Positions 27,932-41,083 of a stretch of 64,000 nucleotides of DNA are shown piece by piece. The stretch comes from Lingula anatina (lineage: Eukaryota > Animalia > Brachiopoda). The notes below the pieces were generated by a model that made no database searches, had not been told where the DNA came from, and saw nothing but the letters and a program-made list of their open reading frames with translations. The DNA lies in NCBI GenBank assembly GCA_051362555.1, contig CM120644.1:4844954-4908953 (forward strand), written 5' to 3'. How positions within the stretch are numbered: the first letter of the stretch is position 1; each line of letters opens with the position of its first letter. Position numbers and translations under genes: made by a program.

Positions 27932-27981
<50 letters not shown>

Positions 27982-28670
27982 CAGGGAAAGAGAAAGAGTG
28001 AGAAAATGTGTAGACAATTTTAGAAACTTTATAACAGAAAACTAATAGATAGACTTAAAATAGGTTGAAGAAGAGAGCCCAAGCTTGAGTGAGGCCGTGT
28101 TCAGAAATAAGTTCATCTACTAATACCCTTTTGTGAATACTACTGATTAGTTGTGCTCATCTGGATTAACAAGGCAATTCCAAATGAAATTAAAGCACAG
28201 ACGGACAAGCACAAGTGCACAAGTATACTCAGTCAGCACTGATTTTTTCCTTGGCATTAAACTTCAATCAATTTTCACACAGCTGAACAAAGTACTTTTC
28301 ATTTTCTAAGAGAACAAAGTACTTTTCATTTCTAAGAGAAGGCAGTAACTCTGTCGTCACGCTATTCTGTCTGTCAAGCAGTAACCTCATTCAATTTTGT
28401 AAAGGTGTGCTCATGAAAGGATTTAGACATGAAGAAAAAATATGCTGCATGTGCCATGTCGAAGGGGGGGAGGGAGGTAATAAATTTTGTCAAAAACTGA
28501 CAGAATGGTGAATTTTTGACAAAATTTTGGTGGCCAACAGAGTTGTGGGAGGGTGGGGGGATAAGTGGATCTTGTCAAAAAACAACAGATTAATACATTT
28601 GTGATAAAATTTGAATGGTGAACAAAGGTAAATTATTATCATGTTGAGTTTGAAGAACATGTCACTATTA

Positions 28671-28896
28671 CACCCCATTTCCATAGATTTTTAGATCGAT
28701 CTATCCCTGTGGGGAGTCTCACTAGATTACTGTCAGCTTGGCCGGCTTAAGTGTCTGTCCCGCCTACTAAAAGCTGTAAGGGGGTAATTAACTATGGTGC
28801 CCGCTCGGCTGACTGCAATTTAGCGTGAACCCCCAGGGAGTTAGGTCGATCTAAATCTTAATCTTTAGATCGATCTAAATCTCTGGGAAAGCACCC
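28671..28896 (+). mobile_element. Fold-back PIF/Harbinger-like MITE, subfamily B1
   Basis: Near-identical to 15027-15252; TTA flanks. Confidence 0.8.
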
Positions 28897-30472
28897 TTAG
28901 TGAAATTGGGTGGATAGGTACTAGTATCACATTGCTGGCAGGTGTGATTTTTTTTTCTGATTTAAATTGTAAATCCTATTATTTCTTGGTGTTTTTTTTT
29001 ATAATAATAATAATAATAATGGCTACCGACGTACTCAACATAAAAACTACATAAAAACTAGATAAAAGAGTAAAACTGTGGATGCTCTACAAAGCCTGTC
29101 GCCATTGATCGGCGCCATCTTTTAGCAGGAAGAGAAATTTATTAAGCTAAAGCCACCTCCAGACTTGCTGGTCATAATGTCACTGAGCCATTGCTGCCTT
29201 CTTTGATCTTACAGCCCCAAATCTTGTATGGACTGGATAAAGAACTTTGGAATTGTATGACCCTAGCTTTTTCTACCTCAGCCTATCGTATAACGGGTCT
29301 CAAAAGAGGAAGAGAGTCAAAAGCATTCTCCTTTTTAAAGAATGAAGCACATATTTTTTGTACAAAGGCAGATTCATACAACTAGAAAGATATTTGGAGG
29401 TGCATTTTCTTGCCATGGAATTTATACACTGGATGGTAAACATATTTTTTTCTGGAAAATGTGTTCTCAGAAGGCTTCAATTTATCTAATGGCGTCCCCG
29501 TTCTTTCTCCTGATGGCTTCAAAACAAATGACGGGCATCTCCTTACGCTTGCTACGGCCAGACGTGATCACAATGGGACTAAATGAGACTGGGAGTAACT
29601 CTTGATTGTTCTCTGGAACTGGATTATTTTCAGTTTAATGATTTATATCAAAGGGCAGATGTGTGTCACAGTATAATTTGGTCTTCACGGAGCATCAGAC
29701 TTCCAGTTTTCTCCTCCTCGTTCCATCTAAATCCTGAGTGAACACGGCTGTAAAAGTCAACAGAGGTCACACAGTTTGTTAGAGAATAATTTTCCCAAAA
29801 TGACAACATCACTTTCTGCTAGAATTCACATTATTCCTGGCCATAATTTGTATGCATACCATGTGTTGCTGTGTCCCTGATAATGACATTTGACAGACTT
29901 TTATTATCAGAGGTCTCTGCGGGATTGTCTTGTTTTGTCTTCAGGATCGCATGACGTCTGCTCGCATTACCTTCCTTCATTGTGAACTTATATATTCTAG
30001 GTGAACTAGATTGAAAATTGGCAATGGATATTTTCTGGGAGTTAAATTTCTCTTTTGAAAAACGTTTGGTTGAAGTAGGCAGACAGTATGACAGCTTGCA
30101 AATTTTTTTCGTTTATTAAAAACTTAAAAAGATTTAGTTAATGAGTCTATTTTATTAAAGTCATCCTCCCATGTAGAATCAAGCAGCCACATGATCAATG
30201 CAAAGAGAGAGGAAATCTGTAGCGTGACACTGGGAAGCAGTTTAATTATCACTGACATCCGCTTTTTTCTCTCGTCCATTAAGTGGGAACTAGATGCCAC
30301 GCCTGGGAGCACCTGCCGCTGCTGGTTTAGGGACACCTAGGACAGGGTCTTGTGATGTCTGTGCTTACTGAACTGGGTTACTGGTTGAGGACAACGGAAT
30401 TGAAAACATGCATATACACACATTTGAGCACACACACACATACAAATACTCACTGGGACATGTGCACAAATA

Positions 30473-30745
30473 CAGTGGCATTAAAGGGGGGGGAGGTCAG
30501 GGGGGTCCTGACCCCCCTTTTGATTTCTGAAAAAAATCACCAATGGTCCTCTCTTGAAATTAGAATTTTGACCAGCTGATCATAGTTCTAAACCATAGAA
30601 AATGGCAACGTTTGCCCTCTAAAATAACAAAACTTTTTAGGCCAAGAACCCCACATCAGGGGGGGGGGGGGGGGGGGGGGGGGGGAGAAGAGGGTTTGCT
30701 TTGCATCAGAGGACCCCCCTTCAAATAATCCTGGATCTGCCCCTG
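30473..30745. mobile_element. hAT-like MITE with a 6-bp TSD
   Basis: CAGTGGC ... GGATCTGCCCCTG flanked by CAAATA on both sides. Confidence 0.6.
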
Positions 30746-30892
30746 CAAATACATGCATAACACAATCACACTTGTTTACACAAGGAAATTTAACTATCGC
30801 TAAAAAATCAACTGTGACACATGTTACTTGACAAACTGATGATACTGTTTTGTCTTATTATTTACATGTTTGTCCATTGATCATAATCAGAA

Positions 30893-31130
30893 AACTAGAA
30901 AAGCACTCCGAGAGCGCAGACCTCTGCCAAGGCAGCAGTTTTTGATTATTATTGATTATTGATTGATTATTGATCCAAATCACCACCAAAAACTAATCAT
31001 CGGTTCCTTGGCCCACTTCTGACAGTTCCTGAAAATTTCATCAAAATCGGTCCATAACTTTTTGAGATATGTTGATGACAGACAAACAGACAAACAAACA
31101 GTGAAAACATAACCTCCTTGGCGGAGGTAA
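30893..31130 (-). mobile_element. Short Helentron-associated (HINE/DINE-like) element
   Basis: Subterminal inverted repeats ACCTCTGCCAAGG / CCTTGGCGGAGGT, terminal hairpin GCACTCCGAGAGCGC, (CAAA/CAGA)n microsatellite, A/T-run flanks. Confidence 0.7.
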
Positions 31131-31829
31131 AAATGAACTTTTTCACAGACTGAGTATATTTTTCAGAAAAAAGTACACATCTTCATTCATTGCCAAAGTT
31201 AAAAGCAGCTCTGAGTCTGTCTGTAATTGTCTGGGTATGTATTTGAATCACTGTGAATGCCATCTGAGAGTGCTCAAGAAATGAAAGAATTGATTCTGTG
31301 CACTCATCATCTTTTAGCGGTTGTGCAAATTCATTTACGTCTTGTCTTATCTCGATTTTTTTCAACTCTTCTTTACTTGGATAATCACTTGTAGATAAGA
31401 CCAATAATGCAATTCCTGTCAAATGTACAAAATCTAGATTGACTAACAATTAGGTTGAAAGCTGACTCTTATTGTATTAGAGACATTTTGTGCTCAGTAT
31501 GTGAGCACCAGGTTTGTCAGAACGATGAGTTCCATTAATCTCAGTGTAAACGTGATGGGAGATGAACTTTTCCAGAAGAGAGACTGTGATTGCTTAAGTA
31601 TTTATAGGGAAATAAGTAAGGAAAATCTCTGAGGTTCACCATAACCCTAGGAGGTTATGAATAAATATCTGGGTTGATGGGAAATACTTCAGCTTATTCT
31701 TCTAGTTATGAGTTTGTGGCAATAATAATTTTTTGTGGACGGAAAGTTTGTTTCTTAAGGTTTATTAGCAATTGATTAAAAAACTCTCTCTCTCTCTCCA
31801 GATATGCACAGTCCATATATTCATCCCTA

Positions 31830-31883
<54 letters not shown>

Positions 31884-33413
31884 GACAAATTATATACATT
31901 TAAACAAGAATATATTACCATGTGAAACACATTCTTCATCTAAAGATGAAAAGAACAGGTTCTAGAAGGAGGTCAAATATTATCTTACCAAGTCATTGGT
32001 ATCTTATCACGCCTTCAGTCAGACAGGTCTTGGCATTCAGCTTCATAACACTATTTGTTAATAAGTCTCAAATGGGGCAGGTGTCATTCTTAGATAGGCA
32101 TGCAGTTTAAAAACCGGGAAGAAAAAATTATAATCATTGATTCATCATCATTTGAGACATGTCAGGCTCATAGTTTTTTTTTTTTTTTTTTTTTTTTTGG
32201 GGGGGGGGGGGGGGGTGTTTGGGAGTTGGAATGAAGCACCCTTTTTGCCAGGCAAAGTTCTACTCTGGGTAGAAATTTGTCTAGGTACAATAAGGTTTCA
32301 TGGTGAAAGGGCTATTTTCAGATATATAACCTTCCCCCTTTAAAATTGCTGGGTAGGGGTGTGGATTTCATATTAAATCAGTAACAATGACACTTAAGTA
32401 CTGTTTCTGACTATCATGGCCTATCAAAGCTATATAATATATGTCTGGGTCCTTAAATTGCTCTGTCAGCCGCAGACTGTAATACAGTTATAGTGCTTGG
32501 AGGAAGAAGAACCTTGTGACCTTTTCATTGTTGTGAAGCTGCAATGAATTCCATTGTGTTGGGATGTGACAGTGTGCTGGAAGCATTGGTTATCTCCTCT
32601 AATGCAATCTGGTATTAATTTTATACTTCTTGGTCCTTCAGAAAGTGATTAGAAATATAGGATAGCGTTATCCAGTGTTTCTGGTGTATCGTCTGATATT
32701 CATAGGGAGATCAGATCTAGTTCTTGTAAACTAGGCATGAAAAATGTCCAATATAATTGGTCTCTGTTTCTTTGTCTGTTTCTTTTGTGGTAATGTTATC
32801 CAGCCTAAGAAGAGAGAACTTTAGAAAATGAAGTGCACTCACATACACACGTGCTCGCACAGACATACGTGCACATTCATATACTCAGGCATATACGCCA
32901 AGGAACACGTGCATCATGGTGCATGAATGCACACAAGCACAAACATCATTTCAGACATACGTCCTCTCTAGCATTCACGATTATGGACACACACACACAC
33001 ACACATACACACATGCATGCACGCATACACATTTGTTTCTTCTGCATTTGTTTCTTTTTTTTCTTTCTTTCTGTACGTGCTAGGTGCACCCCTCCCCTCA
33101 CACCATTTTGACCTTTCCATTTCACTCCATCTTCACACATTATTTAATCAGACAATACAACATCTGTCCATTGTGCTGCTGTGAGTGAAGTGAGTCAAAG
33201 GACTTGTGAGTGAACACACTTGAGCACGAAGACTATCGCTTTAGGCGTAGTCTCTATCCATTTTAGGTATTGATTCACTTTGTTTATATTTGATAGTCTG
33301 TCGTTGATGACATTTCAAACAATAGACCTTTGCAATTGTGGCAGTGTGAAAAGTTAAATGTTTCATGTTTCCATGCGATGTCTAGGAAGTAGTTGTCAAA
33401 TGTTTAAGTTCTG

Positions 33414-33579
33414 CAGGGGCGTAACCAGGCATACGCACGGATGCACTGTGCGTACAATTTTTTGAGCCAACCATGATATTATTCTCCATAAATTCAGTGT
33501 ATTTTTCACGGAATATAATTGTACCTGGGAATTTTCAAAAACTGTGCGTACAATTTTAAAAGGTCTGGTTACGCCCCTG
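33414..33579. mobile_element. hAT-like MITE with a 5-bp TSD
   Basis: TIRs CAGGGGCGTAACCAG / CTGGTTACGCCCCTG; exact TSD TTCTG. Confidence 0.88.
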
Positions 33580-35853
33580 TTCTGTTCTGGTTTCGCATGA
33601 CGTACCACATGAAAAACAGAAATATGATATGGTAAAATAAAGGCACAGGTATTGTTTGTTAATATACCTCCAGCTTGGTAACTATTTGGTAGCTCTGGTG
33701 TTCATGTCATGGGTTTTTGGTTATATTATAATTTACCGAGACACGTCTTAACTTTTCTATTTAAAAACACTCGAGCAAATCTGTAGTCAAAAAGAATTCA
33801 GATTCTAAAATATGAGCCAAGGAGGAAATCCCAGATGTGACTGCTGGTAAAATAAAGCAGGTCTTGGGGGGGGGGGGGGGGGGGATTATGTTTTTCAGAA
33901 CATAGGCGAGGGGTCCATGGGGTATAGTGTCAAAAGAACCTCACTTTAGGTTAGGAAAGGTACTTTCTGAATCAGTATTTGATTTTGGATCTATATCATT
34001 TTTAAAAAGTTGGAATAAACTAGGGGATTGAAAAAGTACGCTTTTTTCAGAACAAAAAACAAAAACAAAAAAAAAAAAAAACTTTGAAATTGTGGTTTTA
34101 TGGGCCCACAAGATGAAAATTCACCTTGATTGTTATATCTTTTTGAATTTGAACGTTATGCTCTCAAATTTTCAGCAGGACTGTTTAATTACAAGATTCC
34201 ACCTGTGCTTCAAATCCATAATATACATACGTAGATTTATATATATAATTTATTGTTACCGTAACAAATACACAACTTCTGTATATATGATGATCTTAGT
34301 ACATTAGCCGATAAATACAATGCAATGTAATAAAGGATGAATATGATAACATAACATAGAGAATTGTTTACACTAAATTAGGCACCAACAAAGCATCATA
34401 ACAAGTTTGGAAACATTTTTCTACATGACCACTCATACTCTGCAAGGTTTATATGTGAACCTGTCTTTACAAAAATTATTCAAATCTTCATGGAGTGAGC
34501 AGAAAACTTAGTTGTCAGAAAGAACATTTTCACGTGCTTTATATTTAAGACATTATAATTTATGAGCTACACCTTCTGTCTGAGATCTAAAAATAGATTG
34601 TTATGGACATTATCAACAACAATGAGGTCTGAGACTAGTCAACATGCCACACTTAACCTAGGCGCTATTCCAAAATTGTTTGTGCGGTCGTGTGTGAAAC
34701 ATCATTGAATTAGAGCCTGGTGTTAAATAAGCGCAGTATTCCGGGCATACGTACCCTGTATGAGAATAGTAGCGGAGTTAGTTTCCTGTGCGACAGGTAC
34801 GGATTAAGACCTACCTGGATTAACCTGGAGTTTTGCAATCTCTGGACGACGGGGGCTTAATTAAATTAATTGAAGAATTGAATAGAAGAGGGTGACTGAA
34901 TGGTCAATCACTGGATTAAGCCGTCAGTGGTCTTGTCATTGTGCGTCCAAGCATCGAAAGGAGTTATTTTTGTGGACACAAGAGAAGTGGATCATATGGT
35001 CAGACGGAATTATTTTTAGTCTACAAAACTGCATAGTTATATAAGGTCTGTAGCTCTTGGACTGGAGCACCAGTTGCTATCTAGAAGAAGCGAGTATACC
35101 ACTGTATATTTAGGAAGGATATAAATGTATATATGAAGGGGCCAGAATATCAGTAAATAGGATTAGTTCTTGCTGCATATCATCAATAGTGCACTTGCTG
35201 AAGGAATTGGAGAAATTCTTGAGAGCGTCAGACATCCACAGAGGTAGGTCACTTGAGTTCAGCAAGGGTCAACTCTTTATAGTCACACCGCAGTGGTCAG
35301 TGGGGTGGTCATTCTGAAGGCCTAAACTTAAAACTGGACACGTAAGAAGGAAATTGGATTTTTCACACACGGTTAACCATCTGAAGACTTGAAGCTGCAC
35401 TATAGAGGAAACTCCGTGTTCATATAGATATTCTTTACTCAGTGTACATCTATCTGTAGGGATTATATATCACCCAATGCTGCATTGACCAGGTGAGAAA
35501 GGTAAGAGATTGATGTGGCTACAGTACTCTGGTATTGTTGATATTGTTGTGTAACTGGTACGGTAACTTGGACAAGTAAACATGTTGTCTCAGATGTCAT
35601 GTGCTCTCTTTACCTGATCAGTTAGTTCACCTAGTATATACAGGTGTATGTGGGTGGGGTGGGGGTGGGGGGGTGGGGGGGGGGGTGAAGGGATCTTATA
35701 ACATGTGACTGAAGAGGGATGCGAGCAGTCATTTCAAAGTAGAGGATTTTGTTTAAGAGGTAGAAAGGGATGGGGTTTAACCGTTAGGTTGGGGAGGAGA
35801 GGTGGGGGCAGGAATATGGAAAGTTTTTCTTCATTAATCCATGCATTAAGTAT

Positions 35854-36020
35854 CAGGCCCTTAGCCAGGGGAGTTTGGGGGTGCGAAAGAACCACCCTTC
35901 TTGCAGGGAAAAGGTCCATTCTGGGTAAAATTTTCATCCAGGTATACAAAGGTTTCATTGTAAAAGGTCCACTTTTTCAGAAAAATAACCCCCCTTTTGA
36001 AATTGCTGGCCACTGGCCTG
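35854..36020. mobile_element. hAT-like MITE with a 5-bp TSD
   Basis: CAGGCCCTTAGCCAG / CTGGCCACTGGCCTG; exact TSD AGTAT. Confidence 0.75.
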
Positions 36021-37374
36021 AGTATTGTAGATCCTTAAAGTGTAAAAAGTGTTATTCTGTGTCTCCCATGTTGGACGTTTAGATTATTATAAGAACTTGT
36101 TATTTTGAAACAAATCTGATCATTCATTTATTCATTATTATTTGTAAGAGCAGCAGTATCAAACAGTGGGATATCTTATGCCTTATCAAGACTCTCTGAT
36201 TGTAACTTGTAGAAGTTAATAAATGCGCCAGAAAATATTGACGTATTAATTGCCTACTAGTACTCTGTCATAGTACAGAGTTCCCAGATTGGTCTATTAT
36301 CCTGCTCCAGCCATAAAATTACATCATCAACTTCATAGACAGAGTGATCAAGACTGCATAATAGCCCTTTGCATATTTGAGTCGCAGATCGTGCTGGATC
36401 AGTTTTCATCCTATGCAATTATTATCCGATGTGATACATTTTTATGGCTGAAAGCTCTTGGAGAAAGGTTTTGCAAATTTGAGTAGTGAGCACCAATTTG
36501 GTATTATGAAATAAGTAATCTGCTGCCATACATTTAAAGGGCCCATGGTCTGATGGTGAAAATTGAAGGTGTTGCTTAGTTAGATAATAAATTCTGTGTA
36601 TAAGGGCATTGAAGGCCAGACAAACATATTGGCTGCCACAAACCATATGCAATATATTAATTATCCTGAGTTTCTCTTCCTAGGATTCTGCTATGTAATT
36701 TTCTTTGCATTTTTCTTTCACTCGTAGAGGGAGTTTAGAGCAATCTGTAGATGATTCAAGGGAGTCATAGGCATTCCATCAATAATTGAAAAGATTCAGA
36801 TCTCAGAAGTGGTATCTACTGGTATGCTATTCAGTCTGCCTACTACTGTATGAACTGTTTGTGTACAGGTTCTTGTGGAAAAAAAAAAGTGTGTCAATCT
36901 GGAATATTAGATTGAAGAAAAAAAAAAGGTGTAATAATCACCCCCATATTTTGTTTAAAGAATGGGAATTTGTTGGGAAGCAGGTCACGATTACTCTAGT
37001 GTCAATTTTCCTTCCTTGTCTGACAAGTCCAGGTGCTCATATTGAAATGATCATGATAGGATGTTGACCATTGTAATGATGTTTATGGATGTCACTAACT
37101 TCGTATGACACTTTGACTACAGGAACTTGAGCTCATATTTCATCTTATATATATTTGGCATGATTTCTCGTGATGGCTGACTCATTTTAGCCAAGATGTG
37201 AATTAAAGGTGCCCACCTGTCCTCTTAAAGTCTCTTTGTGATGGAAGTCAAATTGAATGTAAAAGAGCGTTATGAAATTCTGAAAAACTCCAGTGCTTTA
37301 GCTTAAGAGTATGTTCTGATTACTGTAATTCATGAGAGTTTAGTTTCTCCCCTCTTTATTTAAGTAGGCCAAAA

Positions 37375-37437
<63 letters not shown>

Positions 37438-39974
37438 ATGATGTAAAACATGAAAGTGATTGTAATTTTGTTGTCTTTAATTGCCCTATTTCCCTACAGC
37501 AAAGCTAGCCTGTTCACGTATTTCAAATTAAATGAGTAAAGAATTGACTGCATCTACTGGAAAAATGGCATTTTTAAACAAAGTGAGGCTTAGAGTTGAT
37601 TTCACCTGAAAACATTAAGTAAATGTAGTTGGCAATCAAAACTGAGGAGAAAATGCATATAAATAAGTTATTGTAAACAATTGTTTATCACATCAAAATA
37701 CTGAATTGATATTTTGAGCAAGCCTACAGATGAGGGGGGAGGGGTTAGGGGAGGTTTAAAATTACAAATGCCTCCTTTTCCACTGTCACTTGGTATCACA
37801 TATTGTCATTAGTCAGGTAGTCACCAGTACAGCAGTAGCCTACAGCCGTCCAGCAGGAAACTCTTTTATTTCTCACAACCCCAGTACTCAGTTGACCTAC
37901 CACCAGACTGGTCACACAGGAACTGACCTCCACATTTACTGGAGGGTTTCAAACAGACAACTTTAAAACCCGATCCAAATCTTGCCAGTGTGATCACACC
38001 TGTGGTTGCTTAGTAACTGGAAAACTAATTATAAGATACCTGTTTTCTACCTTCCAGGGCACCTGATCCCCCCTCCCTCCTGCTGACTTGATGGGGTACT
38101 TCATGGAAGACTGTTGTCTTTAAGCTTGGTTTTCTTATAAAACGACCTGTCTGGAGTCATGTTACATACTTTCTGTGAAATAATATTACCTACTTTCTGA
38201 AAAAAATTGCTTTTTACATGCAAGGAAATAGTAAGGAAGGAAGGTACAATGTAATTGTTCATTAGGTTTAAACGAAGTGAAGAAAAACTTTCATTCAAAC
38301 ATTGTAAGTCTTCCAGGGAATTTCTGATATTTAGTACCATTATAACAGAAAGCAGAAGTAAATTTAAATGCAACTAGGGATTTTTCTTTTTTTCCCTTTC
38401 TTTTTCATACTAAAATCTCATGGGGAGTCCATTTTCAGCACAGGAAGTGCTCTGGATAACTGTTTAAATATCATAGCTTTCAAGAGACCAAACATTCCTT
38501 GAATATTTCTTAGAATTTATGTTGCTAGAAAACATTTTCTTTCTTAGATGAAAATGTTTTATCATCTTTGAAAAAAGGATAATAAAAAAGAAAAAATAGG
38601 AAAAAGGACATGTTTATATATTTATCTGGAATATTGTTTGATAACCTATGTAAAGATACACCGACTAATGGTGCTGTAAAATTTAACAGTATTTTCAAAA
38701 AAAAACAACAACAACAAAAAAAAAAAAAATAATAATAAGATAAATAAAATAAAATAAATAATTTAAAATAAATAAAAATAGAAAATAAATAAATAAATAA
38801 TGTATTTATTGAATTGTGAGCTCTTGCTTGAGTTGAATTTTTAAAAATTTGAGTTGAATTTCGAAAATGTTTTTTTTTCTCTCAGGGTATTTAATACCCT
38901 GAAGTGTAATTAAAAGACTTTTCTGCTTATGTACATTCATCTCCTTGGTTCAAGGTCCTCACTAGTTTCAGACCTACTACTTACGTATATTGGAGTCATT
39001 AGGATTTGGTTCACACCATTTTTATAGCAATGATTAGGTGAATAAATGTCTGTTACCTGTGTTGCAAAGATAGTATGTAACCTTTAAGAACTGTTTCATA
39101 TTACAGAAATGACAAATGTTTATCACTACCAAGCAGTAATTGACATTTGAACAAATAAGGGTACTTAACATTTAAAGGTTGAACCCATTTTTCATGCCTG
39201 TGGGTGTTTTAGCCAATTTGAACAACTTTTTTTCATTGGCATATTATATGAAATACTCAACTTGTTAAAAAGTCAATTCACTGAAGCAACAACACCTGCC
39301 ACACTTCAAGATAATTAATTTAACTTTGCTGCTCAACCTGCCTCCTCCCCCTCAAAAAAAAAAAATAATAATAAAATAATAATAATAATAAAAATAATAA
39401 TAATAAATAAATAAATAAATAAATAAATAAAAATAAAATAAAATAAAATAAAATAAAATAAAATAAAATAAATAAATGAAAGTAAAATGAAAAAGCAGGC
39501 ATTTTTATTAGAATAAAATAGATAAATGCTGTCTGGTAATAAATCAACTTGTTTTGAACAGTCTTGTTTTGTATGACGTATTACTTGGCGTCAAGTTTTG
39601 TATATAGTTATTTGGCATATTTAACATGAAGCAGAACAACCATTGGATTTATTACCTTGGAAAAAAGGTAATAGTTACTGCAAATTATTTTATTATTGGC
39701 TTTATGTCAAAATTTGGACATCACTTCTTGGGTTCTGGGTTTGATTCTACATGTTGTTCTTTGGAGGAAGCAAAGTTATAAATGTTGCCAATTAATTACA
39801 TCCAATCTCCTTGGAGAGATGTGCCCTTTCTAGTGTATCCTCAGAGTTTTTTAGCTGACAAATGATATAACATGCAGCAACTAAAGATTAACACATGGGA
39901 ATTAATAAGATCCAACATTTCTTTTTTTCCCTTGAAAAGATAATACGTGACTAGTGTGCTTACTAACTGAAATA

Positions 39975-40005
<31 letters not shown>

Positions 40006-41083
40006 ATGAATGAGTAAGTTGGTAAGTATAAATAAATAAATAATGCTTACATATGATAGGATTCTGTCACCATAGATATGATCAAGTCTGACATTCACAA
40101 GTGACAGTTGATATAAGTACGTAGACAAATTGCATGCCACGGTCTGGAGAACACGAATGCATGCACGACTGAGCATCACCGTGGTATAAAATACATCATG
40201 ATGGTCGCATGATCTTATCTATGACATGGCTGTGATTTTGAACTACAACTGTTGTCTGTGACTTGTGATTTAGCTTTGAATACACAAATATACACAAAAA
40301 TAATTATAAATACCATGCTTATGAATAATATAATATATTATTTCATAATATTGAAGATTAAGGCCCCCTTTGACCTGCTTAATGGAAAGGCGGTAATATG
40401 TTACTGGTAGACAGATTATTTGTTTTGTATTGTGACATTGTGTTTAATAATTAAGTATAGGGCAGTTTGAGTGGCCACAGTAATGAATTAATCAGTGGTG
40501 TGATTACATATCCACAGCTTGCCCTCAGAAAAACAAGTAGTTTTTAATGACATTTGAGCAGTAGACAGCAATAGTTACTGTAAGTTATTGGTGGTGTGTG
40601 ATTCTAAGTTTCGATCCTCATATAATTATTTTGGTAGCTCACTGTGGTAGGGACATTCTTTTGTATTTAGGGCATATTAATCTGTGCATTTATCTTATTA
40701 CTTATCTAACTAGTTAAAATTGTTAAAGGTCAGTCAATGAAAATTATTTCAACTTTTTTTTATTTATGTTGATTGTTTGATTGGGACAAATGTATTGAAA
40801 AGAAGGAACTCAGTGAAATGAGGTGTAATTATTTCAATTAGTTTTGATCATAAATAAGCAAACTCCTGTAGGAAATGACTGAGAATAGTTGCTCAGGGTC
40901 ATCATTTAAGGGAAACATAATCAGTTTGTAGTTTGGACAGCACTTAACATTCACTTTTAGTTTTACCCGGGTGAATCGCTGGAGAAAATGACAGGACCCA
41001 CAATGTGAAGAGAGTGCCATCTTTTACAGAGAATAAGTTTTTAATTTTTTGATTGAGCTTAGAAAACTTATATGGTAAAGTGA

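Noticed and set aside
34660-35249. CpG-containing UTR-like stretch ending in GAG|GTAGGT
   Set aside because: No ATG-led open frame reaches the donor in the frames I checked; cannot be supported without transcript data.
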